Positions 42,802 to 52,554 of a DNA stretch of 64,000 bases are shown in pieces. The stretch is from Malassezia furfur. Lineage: Eukaryota. Where the stretch lies: the NCBI GenBank assembly GCA_052055015.1, contig JBQJIT010000003.1; one strand, given 5' to 3'. Both the position numbers and the translations under genes were made by a program. Under the pieces are notes generated by a model. The model saw only the letters and a program-made list of their open reading frames with translations. It had not been told where the DNA came from and did not search any database. Each line of letters begins with the position of its first letter. Within the stretch, counting starts at the first letter, position 1.

Positions 42802-43704
42802 CTACTTCCACGAGGCGTTAATCTCCTTCTCCTCGGCCGCGACCGCGTTCTTGTCATGGAGCTTGCGGAAGCGCCCGAGGTACTCGTCGCGGTGCTGCTT
42901 CACGGCCGCCTTGCCCTTGGAGCCGGCAAAGTCGGAGCCGAGCACCTTGCGGCGCGACGCGAGCAGACGCGTGTACAAGTAGAACAGACCAGGGATGTAC
43001 ACGGGCAGCAGTGCCAGGAACACAAGGTCGCGCACGCTCCAGCCGGTCGCATCCACCCACGGCCATGCGAGGTGATGCGGCAGCGAGGCCCAGATGAGCT
43101 GCATCTCGCCAAGCACACCCATAGGGTACAGAACGATGAAGAACGAGTAGCGTGCCCAGAGCGCCATGTACGACGGCGAGCCAAGCAGCTGGTTCACGTA
43201 AAAGGGGTAGCGAGCCACCTCGGAGAGCGACCAGGCGAACACCATCACCGCGTAGTACGGGCTTGTAGCCGCCGCGCGGTACTGCTCAGAAACACCCCAC
43301 ACGATGATCAGGCGCGAGGCAACCTGGACGGCGGTGACGAGCGGGTTGGCCTTGACCCAGCCGAACGCCGAGTGCACCACCTCGAGCACGGCAAGCGACT
43401 GCACCAGGACGACGAGCGGGCCAATGTAGTCGTGCACTTCCGTCATACGCTGCAGCACCGTCGCGAAGTACGGGTGGTGCTGTGCGAAGGACAGGCTCGG
43501 CGACGCAATGGCCTGGGGGGTGTATTTGTGCACAAACTCCCTCACCGAGTCGTACACCATGCTGCGCGCAGCCGAGCCGTGCACCATGTACAGCACGACG
43601 CCGATAAAGACGCGCAGCCAGCCAACAAAGCTGAGCAAATTGTACACAACGAGGTACAACGTCAGTTTCGACTTGGGCGGCGCCGCAAACGTGTTGGCAC
43701 TCAT
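42802..43704 (-). CDS. PHS1: Very-long-chain 3-hydroxyacyl-CoA dehydratase
   Basis: YLVVYN, QSLAVLEVVH, VQVASR, AWSLSEVARYPFY, WARYSFFIVLYPMGVLGE. Start could be 43704 or 43731. Confidence 0.92.
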   Translation of the reverse strand: MSANTFAAPPKSKLTLYLVVYNLLSFVGWLRVFIGVVLYMVHGSAARSMVYDSVREFVHKYTPQAIASPSLSFAQHHPYFATVLQRMTEVHDYIGPLVVLVQSLAVLEVVHSAFGWVKANPLVTAVQVASRLIIVWGVSEQYRAAATSPYYAVMVFAWSLSEVARYPFYVNQLLGSPSYMALWARYSFFIVLYPMGVLGEMQLIWASLPHHLAWPWVDATGWSVRDLVFLALLPVYIPGLFYLYTRLLASRRKVLGSDFAGSKGKAAVKQHRDEYLGRFRKLHDKNAVAAEEKEINASWK

Positions 43705-43759
43705 GATGGTTTGGAAGAACCCGCGCGCCATTCACATGCCTCCACTTCCCCGCCTCCGC

Positions 43760-45346
43760 ATGTGGGAAACGTTGGGGGCCGCGGCGCTCGGCGCCGGCTT
43801 GGGCGTGCCGGTGTGGCTCGCGCCCTACACAAAGGTTGAGGAGAGTTTTACACTTCAGGCAGTGCACGATATATTGACGCACGGCGTCGCGCACGGCGTC
43901 CGGTCTTATGATCATGTCCAATTCCCGGGCGCTGTGCCGCGCTCGTTTCTCGGACCGCTCCTCGTCGCCGCACCGTGCGCACCGCTTGTCGCGCTTGCGC
44001 GCCTCGTCGGTCTCGACACGTCAGCTGACATACAGTGGGTGATGCGCGCCGTGCTGGCGCTTGCGGCGTGGGTGTCTCTCGTGCTCTTTGCGCACGCCGT
44101 GCTCCGGACTCCAGGCGTACGGCCGTTCTTCTACGTGGTGTGTGCGACGCAATTCCACCTCGTGTTCTGGGCATCACGCACGACTCCAAATGGTGTCGCC
44201 TTTCCACTTGTGGTCGCGGCACTCGCCGGCGTACTCGGCCCTGGCGACCGGACCCGCATGGCAGGCCTTGCGGCGCTGGCCTTGGTTGCATGCACGCTGC
44301 GCCTCGAAGTCGTGGGCCTGGCGGCGCCGGCGTACCTGTGGACATGGACCAGCGGGCGTCTTTCCCTGCCGCGGTGCATCGCACTCGGCGCAGCCTCGTG
44401 CGCGGTTGGTGCTGCAGTCTCCATCGTCATCGATTCGTACTTTTGGCACGCCGTCAACCGCACGCGCCTGCCCGGCCTCGGCACATACGTTTGGCCCGAA
44501 GTGCACGCACTTCTGTTTAATGTCGTCGAGGGGCACAGCGCTGAGTGGGGTGTTGCGCCGTGGCACGCGTACTTTACCAAGGAGCTCCCCCGACTGCTCG
44601 CGCCCACGGTGCCATTGCTCATTGCAGGTCTTGGGGCACGGCCGACGCGGGGTCAGCAGCGTATGCCGCTCGTCGCCTTGGCCGTATTTCACACCTGCCT
44701 TCTGAGTGCACTGGCGCACAAAGAGTGGCGCTTCCTCATGTACACGCTGCCGCTCTGGAATGCGCTGAGTGCGTATGGTGCCTGGGCCTGTGTGCGGCGC
44801 GCACCGTGGGCGGGGCGCGCCCTGGTGGCCGCGTGCATCGGTGCAGGGGCACTGCTTCTTGTGCTGTACACCTATGTGAGTGCACACAACTACCCTGGTG
44901 GTGCGGCGCTGCGTGCGGCACACGAGCGCATCCAGGCGCCCGAAGTCAACCTTCATATCGACACGCTGGCGGCCATGACCGGCGTGTCGCTATTCCAGTG
45001 TACGCACTTGCCCCGCCCGCGTGCGTCTTGGGTGCCGAGCCGTGCGCCGGTGTGGCACTACAACAAAAGCGAAGGGCTCGGTGCGGACGCGCCGTGGTGC
45101 GACTTTACGCATCTCGTCACCGAATCGGCCAACTGCCGCGTCGCGGGCGACGCCCCCCTCTTTACACCGCTCGGCGCACCCGTCCCGGGTCTTGAGCGCG
45201 TACGCCGCAAATCGGTACGCGCATACGTCCAAGACCTGCTCGGCATCTATCGCGCACGCTCGCTTGCGGGCGCCTGGCGCGCCGTTGTCCCGATCCAGGT
45301 CGACACGGCGCCGATGCTCTACGTTTGCGAGCGTACAGGATGCTAG
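43760..45346 (+). CDS. ALG12: Dol-P-Man:Man7GlcNAc2-PP-Dol alpha-1,6-mannosyltransferase
   Basis: [77 protein letters not shown]. Start could be 43736 or 43760. Confidence 0.92.
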   Translation: MWETLGAAALGAGLGVPVWLAPYTKVEESFTLQAVHDILTHGVAHGVRSYDHVQFPGAVPRSFLGPLLVAAPCAPLVALARLVGLDTSADIQWVMRAVLALAAWVSLVLFAHAVLRTPGVRPFFYVVCATQFHLVFWASRTTPNGVAFPLVVAALAGVLGPGDRTRMAGLAALALVACTLRLEVVGLAAPAYLWTWTSGRLSLPRCIALGAASCAVGAAVSIVIDSYFWHAVNRTRLPGLGTYVWPEVHALLFNVVEGHSAEWGVAPWHAYFTKELPRLLAPTVPLLIAGLGARPTRGQQRMPLVALAVFHTCLLSALAHKEWRFLMYTLPLWNALSAYGAWACVRRAPWAGRALVAACIGAGALLLVLYTYVSAHNYPGGAALRAAHERIQAPEVNLHIDTLAAMTGVSLFQCTHLPRPRASWVPSRAPVWHYNKSEGLGADAPWCDFTHLVTESANCRVAGDAPLFTPLGAPVPGLERVRRKSVRAYVQDLLGIYRARSLAGAWRAVVPIQVDTAPMLYVCERTGC

Positions 45347-48313
45347 TCAAATAGCATTGCAAGGTTCTCGAGTGCCTCGGACGGCGCGTCGCGTGTAGGT
45401 TGCGAGAGTGCGTGGTGCACAAGCGCCTTTTTCCGCCGCTGAATGGCCAAGATGCGGTCCTCGATCGTGTCTTCGACGAGCAGGCGGTGCACCGTGACGG
45501 GCCGCGTCTGGCCCACACGGTGGATGCGGTCCACGGCTTGGTCCTCGCTGCGTGAGTGGGGCGACGTACATGCTGCTGTTCCACCAGCAGTCCATGAGCC
45601 ATACGTGGTTGGCGGCCGTCACTGAATGAGTGGAATGACGTACAATTTAATCCGACGCCGCCCGCGCGCAGCGAAATGAGCAGGAGCAGCGGCTCGCGGC
45701 TCTCGTCAAACGTACGAAGTACCTTGGCACGGTCGGCTTGCGACGTGCTGCCGTCCAGGCGCACGTATTTGTACCCTGCGTGGTCCAGTGTCGCCTGGAT
45801 CAGGTCGAGGAAGCCCGTGAATTGGGACTGTGTCAGTTCAGCACGTACAAAGATGACGCCTTTGAGCGCCGGGTCCTGCGCAGTCAGCTCGCGCAGCTGT
45901 GCCATCAGTGCATCGAGCTTCGTGCTGCTCCGCGGCACACCACGCACCACAGGTGCCGAGGGTTTGGCTGCACGCACCGACTCAACGAGGTCAGCGACCT
46001 GCACGGGCCCTTTGCGGCACACGGGGCAGTGCGGCTCCTCGCCGCGGTCCTCACACGCCTGCAGGTACTGCACGAGGCAGTCACGGCACCCGTGGTGCAT
46101 GCATAGTGGCAGAAAGCACTTGGACATCTTAGTCTCCATACAGAACGGGCATTCTTCACCCTCCTCAGACGGCGCGTCGCTCTGCACCAGCTCGTCAAGG
46201 ACCTGCAGCGCGTACTGTGCATTTCCGTTGTTGTCGCCCGTCTGGAACCGTGCAATGAGTTTTTGCAGATGTGCATTGTATTGGGACTCGTCCATCTCCT
46301 CTGCCTGCAGCGGCTCAGGAAGCGCCGCGCCGCGGTCCGAATGCATCACCAGCAACGGATGACACACGGCCTGGCGCAGGCGCATCAGCACGGAGAAGAT
46401 CAGACTAAAGTTGCGGCCGATAAGGCCCTGCGCCGCAAGCCGCTTGTAACGCATGCGTGCGCGCTCATACACACTGAGGTAAATCTCGCGCTCCGTCTCG
46501 GAGAAGCGCAGATGCTGCGTATCGAGTGTTTTCTCAGGCAAGTCGACAATCGGACGCCCGTTGCGGTCGCGTGTGCTCTTTTCCCGGCGTAGCAAGATGC
46601 TCGAGAGAATGGCCTGTACAATGTCGAGCGCCTTGGCATTCTGGCTCGCAAACGGCTTCGCAAGAAAGCTGTTGAAGAAGCTCACATCGCCCCATGGTTC
46701 CACGTGCAGAAAGCGCAGCAGGCTGTACAAATCCGTGAGCCGATTTTGGATCGGTGTGCCGGTTAGCGCCCACCGCCGGTCGGCTTGCAACAGGCACGCG
46801 GCGCGCGCCGCGACCGTCGCGCGGTTTTTGATGGTATGCGCCTCGTCAAGAATCACACGGTGCCACGCATGGCGGAACAGCAGCGCACTGCCGCGCCGCT
46901 CCGACTCGCGGCGATACTCGCTGGTGAGCGTGCCGTACGACGTGATCACCACGTCGGCACGCTGCTGATCGAGCGCCGCAGCGAGTTGGTCGCGCGCTTC
47001 GCCATAGTACACATGTACGGCCAGCGTACCAGGTCGACTGGCCCGTTCTAGCTCGCTTTGCCACTGGCTCAGCAGGCTCATGGGCGCTACCACAAGCGTC
47101 GCGTGCGACTTGGATGTCTTGGGCACCGCGCCAAACGCCGAGGTCAGCGACGCCTGTTTCAGTGTCTTGGTGCGCTTGGGCGGTGGCGGTGCATGCGCAT
47201 CGACAGTGCGGTTCGCGTGGATGAGACTTGCAAGCATGATTGTCTTACCGAGACCCATCTCGTCCGCGAGGATGCCGCCACGCGCGCCGCGGCTCGCGGG
47301 CTGGAAGGTGAGACTCAGGTCGCCAATGTACGGACTGGGTTAGTTGGGGCACACACTTGTAGTAGAAGGGCTCGGTCCCGGCATCCGGGTCGTCGGCCAC
47401 CGGAAACATGTATGCCTCCCACAAGGGGTGCAAGCTCGCTTCGCGTGAAGACGAAGCTTGCGTCGATTCCATCTCCTGCATCCACGCAAGCGCCTGCTTC
47501 TGGTACGGCCGCAGCGCCAAGGCAAAGGTATCGGGCGCTTCTGCCTCGGGTAATGATGCGTCATTCTGCTGCGCGCGGGCATAGATGTCGTTCAGTCGCG
47601 AGTCAGACACTTCAGTGCCGTCGTTATCGCCTTCGGCTTGTGGAGCTTCCGCCGCAGGTTTCGTCTCCTTCTCGTTTTCGTCGTGGGCCGTCGCACCCTG
47701 GGTCGGCGACAGATCGCATGCACGGAACAAGCGTTGAAGCGCCACCTTTCGGTGCCGCAGGTGCCGCTCATGGGCACTCTCTTCGGCAAGCGGCGGGCTG
47801 ACGTCGTCCGACTGGAGATTCACGAGGTTCGTGATGCTCTCTCGAAATGCATCGCGCTTGACGTACGCCTTGATCTCAAGAAGAATATCACTTCCTACAC
47901 TTAATGGCGTAGGACAGTCGACGACCGTACCGTCAAACTCCACGAGACCGTCGTCCAACAGACGTGACATCCAACCGCCCACGTCCACGGGGATGCGGCC
48001 AATTTCGAACCCTGCGTAAGCGCAAGCACGTACCGCGCAGATCGCTGAACCGAACGACATAGTCGGGACGCTCACGCGCGCGGGCCCCGCCACGACCAGA
48101 TACCTTGGCCGGTTTCTTCTTGCGCTGGATGAGCACGCGGTCGCCGGGCTGGATGTAGTCGCTGCCCTTGGTCATGGAGTAGGCCGACAGCACAAAGGTG
48201 CCCAGGTATCGTCGCTTCCATGATTTGGATGGCTGTACCAATCCGGTGCTGCGACCTGTACCGCCCTCGCCCTCGTCTCCGTCCAGGAAGAACAGCGGCG
48301 CGCTCTCGCTCAT
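45343..48313 (-). CDS. RAD5: DNA repair helicase/E3 ligase Rad5 (HIRAN, SNF2, RING); 6 exons
   Basis: Introns 48012-48033, 47335-47356, 45828-45848, 45622-45643, 45548-45569 restore [47 protein letters not shown] and [13 protein letters not shown]; embedded RING CPFC...CMHHGCRDC...CPVC. Confidence 0.95.
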
Positions 48314-48318
48314 GGTCG

Positions 48319-48334
48319 ACGCGTCGCGTCGCGT
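48319..48334. promoter_or_regulatory. MCB-like cluster upstream of RAD5
   Basis: ACGCGTCGCGTCGCGT within the 35-nt spacer between the SLD2 stop and the RAD5 ATG. Confidence 0.55.
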
Positions 48335-48348
48335 TCCTACCTCCACAT

Positions 48349-49632
48349 CTACAGAATGTCGTCCGAGTCCATTTCGCCGTCGCCCAGGCCGTATTCGCCC
48401 TCGCTTGCCTCACTCGCCCAGTCGTCGTCAGAGCCCGCAGCATGCAAGGTCTCGTCTGGATCGATGTCTGCGCGCGCATGAATGGACGAAGGGATCTGCA
48501 CCTCTTCATGGAAAAGTGCATGCGTCAACTCCTCGTTACGTTGTCTTCGCGCCGCATCGGCACGCTGTGTGTGATGCGCGGGGGAAACAAGCGACAGATG
48601 GTCCATAGTCAGTGGCGAGGAAGGCGTCGCCGTGCCTGCTGTGTGTCGTGCGGAAGGGAATTCAAGCGCGTCCAGTTCGTCCCATTCGTCGTGGGCAGCG
48701 CGGCGTGCGGAGCCATAGCGCTGGTAGGGAAGGACATGGACCGTGCGCGCCTCGTCATCGTCTTCAAGCTCCAGCGTGTGAGCGCCAGGTGCGATGGGCG
48801 GCACCTGCGTTGTGGCCGACGTCTGGGACGTGGCGGGGGTCGGAGAAAGGGTCGCGTGCGAGTTCTGCGACGAGGCCGGCGGCTGAGCGGGCGACTTTTC
48901 GGGCGTACGTAGTACGGTATCTTGCGCACTGGTCGTGCGGAAGAGCGGCCGGAAATTGCGCTCGTGGGGTTTCGGCTTGCGCGGTGATGGACCGAGAATC
49001 TCGTCATCGGCGGGGGGTATCGAGTCGAGAGACGCCTCGGGCGCCGAAAAGATGCGCCGCTTTGCCTGCGGACTTCGCGCCAAGAGCGCTGAGCGGATCT
49101 GCGAGTCGGTGCGCTGTAGCCCCGGGCGCGGCGGCGTCCGTACGTCTTCGCCGCGAAGCCGTTTGCGGGCTTTGGTACGAGGCGTAAATGCCGCGAAGAT
49201 GGGCTGGGGCTGAGCCTTGGAGGGCGTGCGCTGCTGGGGCATGGGTGGGGCAGCGGCCTCGTCGTCGCTCATGTCCGAATCGTAGGGCGCTTCCTGCACG
49301 ACCTTGGAGGGAAACGACGGAGACTTGGTGTAAGACGGCGTAGGCTTCTGTGGCGATCGGAAGGGATTATCAGAGGTAGACATGGGTATCGTTTTTTGTC
49401 GTTTTTGTGGTGTAGTTGGCGGTGCACGCGTTGACGCGTCCGCAGGAGGTCCACTGGACGACGCCTTGGACGTTCGCGCCGAGCTAGTTGCTGCTGACAT
49501 TGCACGCCAAGTGTCATACGTAGAAGCAATCTCTGCATTCTGCATTACATCCGACTTTGACGGTTCACGGCCGTGCTGGGCACGGAATTCGCGCTGCCAT
49601 TGCTTCAGCTGCCTCCGCAAGATGGCCTCCAT
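48349..49632 (-). CDS. SLD2: DNA replication regulator Sld2/Drc1-like
   Basis: N-terminal LRRQLKQWQREFRAQHGREPSKSDV...IASTY matches the Sld2/RecQL4 N-terminal domain; many S/T-P CDK sites; TPRTKARKRLRGEDV. Confidence 0.75.
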   Translation of the reverse strand: MEAILRRQLKQWQREFRAQHGREPSKSDVMQNAEIASTYDTWRAMSAATSSARTSKASSSGPPADASTRAPPTTPQKRQKTIPMSTSDNPFRSPQKPTPSYTKSPSFPSKVVQEAPYDSDMSDDEAAAPPMPQQRTPSKAQPQPIFAAFTPRTKARKRLRGEDVRTPPRPGLQRTDSQIRSALLARSPQAKRRIFSAPEASLDSIPPADDEILGPSPRKPKPHERNFRPLFRTTSAQDTVLRTPEKSPAQPPASSQNSHATLSPTPATSQTSATTQVPPIAPGAHTLELEDDDEARTVHVLPYQRYGSARRAAHDEWDELDALEFPSARHTAGTATPSSPLTMDHLSLVSPAHHTQRADAARRQRNEELTHALFHEEVQIPSSIHARADIDPDETLHAAGSDDDWASEASEGEYGLGDGEMDSDDIL

Positions 49633-49675
49633 CGAGGCTGCGAGCGTGTGGAGGATTACGTGAGTGTTGGAAGCA

Positions 49676-50506
49676 CTACCGAAGGGTGTTGGTCAGCGCC
49701 GAGTGCCGTGCGGGGGCGCGCGCGGCCACGGCGGGGTGGGCAGGGCTGTGGGTATGCTGCTGCATGATACGCTCGAGCTGCGCGGCGGCACGGTCAAAAC
49801 CGACGCGCGCGACCTGCCGCCGGAAGGCTTCGGTGCGCATTCCCTGCTGGACGAGGCGCTCGACGGGTGCCTTGGACGCGGCCTGCGGCGCAGCGGGCAC
49901 CGTGCCGGGTGCCGGCGGACCAAACACCTTCATGCCGCGGATGTGGGTATCTTTTCCGTTAAGGTGGTTGCTCAGAATGCACACCTGCAGCACAAACACC
50001 TCGATCGGCTCGAGAGGGAAGGCGACCGACTGCTCCTCAGGAACGTCGGGGTCGGGTTTGTCTAGGACAAAGTGGTACCAGCCCTGCGGCTCAACAAAGT
50101 CGCTGCATCAGAATGCAGAGCGTACCGGTAGCGGACCTCGACGAGGTCGTAAGGGTGCGTGCCGGCCTTGACAAGAATTTTGGTGGGGGTATACGAGTCG
50201 TCGCGGCGGCAGTCGAGATAAATGGAGACATGCTGTGTGAAAGGAAAAGACGTACTGTGACTTCGGTGCGTTTCGGAAAGTGGATGGTGACGGTGTGCGG
50301 CTGGCTGCCTTCGCTCCTGCGGGTGAGCTGCGAAACGCACTGCCATAGCGTGTTGAGGTCGTCATCCATGAGCTGGGCAACGCCATGGCGCGCCTTGGCA
50401 GAGCTGAGAGCCCACGTCGTACCCTCGATGCTCCCCACGTCCGTCTTGCTCGTGTGGTCTGGGTCAGCCGGCGTCACGCCGACGCACCGTACGGGTCCAG
50501 CGACAT
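49676..50506 (-). CDS. DOC1: Anaphase-promoting complex subunit 10; 5 exons
   Basis: Introns 50459-50487, 50317-50340, 50233-50255, 50103-50125 restore WALSSAK, LWQSEGSQPH, DDSYTPTKI, EPQGW and NHLNGKDTHIR; C-terminal LR tail. Confidence 0.92.
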
Positions 50507-50599
50507 GGCGTGGAGGTGGAGGGAGTGGGGTTCGCGCGCGCAAGGCCTAGGAAATACGCGGGGGCGCGCGCTGCTCGGACCAACGACGTTCTCGTGGGC

Positions 50600-52554
50600 A
50601 TGGAGTGTGACCATCCCATCCAGGTGGGCGGGCTCTGTGCCGTATGTGGAAAAGAGATTGACGAGTGCGTGACCCAAATTGACGCAGGGAATCGTTCGGG
50701 GAGCAGACCTATGCAACGCTGCACTCCAGTGCGAGTGTCAAAGTGTCGCGCGCCGAGGCCGAGCGCATCGACCGCGAGAGCACCACACGGCTGCTCGAGG
50801 AACGCAAACTGGCGCTGATTGTCGACCTGGACCAAACCATCATCCATGTCACGGTTGATCCCACCGTGCGTGAGTGGGCGCAGGACGTGACAAACCCGAA
50901 CTGGGAGGCACTCAGTGACATCGTTGCGTTCCAGCTGGGCGCCGACGGCAAGACGGTGTCGCACGCGCCCGAGGCACTGCACAAGGACGAAGCCAAGTCA
51001 TTTGCAACCGGTGGTGATGAGGACGGGTGCTGGTACTTTGTCAAGTTACGTCCGCAACTCGCGAGCTTTCTTGCGGCGCTCGCGACCAAGTTTGAGTTGC
51101 ACGTCTACACGATGGGTACGCGGTCGTATGCCGACTGCATCTGCCGGATTGTGGATCCCACTGGTAAACTGTTTGGTGCGCGCATTTTGTCTCGCGATGA
51201 GAACGAGAGCATGGCTCAAAAGAGCCTCTCGCGCCTCTTCCCGGTTAACACGTCCATGGTGGTGATCATCGATGACCGCGCCGACGTGTGGTCGTGGTCG
51301 CCGAACCTAATCAAAGTCGAGCCATGTATGTGGTGTACTGACGCAGACGAGTTCTTTGTAGGCATTGGTGACATCAATGCGGGCCATCTGGGCCCTAGTG
51401 TGCCGACGCCGGCGGTGCCGGCGCCCGAGAAGGAGGCCAGTGCGCCGCTCGCCGAGCAGCAGCGGCAGACGATCCACGAACAGGTGGATGCGCGCCCGCT
51501 CGCGCGTCTCCAGGAGGAGAAGAATGCGGTGCAGGACGAGGGCAAAGCGGCGGCCGTCGCTGCGCCGGCGCAACAGCAGGCGGTGCTGCACAACGACGAT
51601 ACCAACCTGGACCTGATCCAGTCCGTACGTGTCCTGCGGCTCATCCAGCTTCTTGAACAGATCCACGATGAGTGGTATCGCGCGCACGACGCGCATAAGG
51701 ACGTTGACGTGAAGGACATCATCACGCGCATGAAACGCACAGTACTCCAGGGATGCGTGCTGGCATTCTCGGGGCTGATCCCGCTGAACGAGCAGCCAGA
51801 GCGGTACGTGGTGTGCTGACCCAGCTCCGCCATCTGGACCGCCGCGGAAGAGTTTGGCGCACAGTGCCGCCGCGACTTGGCCAAGGACGTCACGCACATG
51901 GTCGCTGCCAGCGCCGGCACCGCCAAGGCCGAGGAGGCGTTCCGGCGCGGCGGTGTGCACGTCGTGTTCCCCGCGTGGCTCAACGACTCGCTATGCCAGT
52001 GGGTGCGCCAGAGCGAGGAGCTGTACTGCGTGCCGCGCAGCGACCGACTCGCAACCCTCGACGCAGGTGCGCTGCAGGATTTGGCGTCGAGCGTGCACGC
52101 GGACCCCGAGAATGCCGATGAGGTCGCACTCGATGACCTGGCGAACATGGACTGGGGCGAGGCCGAGGATGAGGTGGAAGCCTTCCTCGACGACGACGAC
52201 GACGACGACACGAACAGCGAGCTGAGTCAGTCGCAGCACAGCGATGTGTCGGAGGCGCCGAGCGAGGTGGGCGACAGCGCCGATGATCTGCTGGGCTCGC
52301 CGCTGAGCCGCCGGCGGCACGCAGCGGCTCAGCGTGGCGGCCCCTCGAAGCTGCGGCAGAGCATCCTCGCGGAGGACGCCGAGGAGGGCAGCAGCGACAG
52401 CGATGCCTCGGCCGCACCGAGCCCCAAACGCGCACGCACGCAGGACCGCGTCGCGTCGCTGCGGGACGAGCGCTCGCCGCCCGAGAGTGAGGACGAAGGG
52501 TTTCTCGACGAGCTCGCACACGAGATGGAGCGCGAGCTCGGGGACGATCTATAG
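50600..52554 (+). CDS. FCP1: RNA polymerase II CTD phosphatase Fcp1; 5 exons
   Basis: Introns 50665-50687, 51326-51346, 51625-51648, 51804-51824. LIVDLDQTIIH catalytic motif, YTMGTRSYA, IIDDRADVW, EPYEFFVGIGDIN, BRCT domain, acidic tail. Confidence 0.95.
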
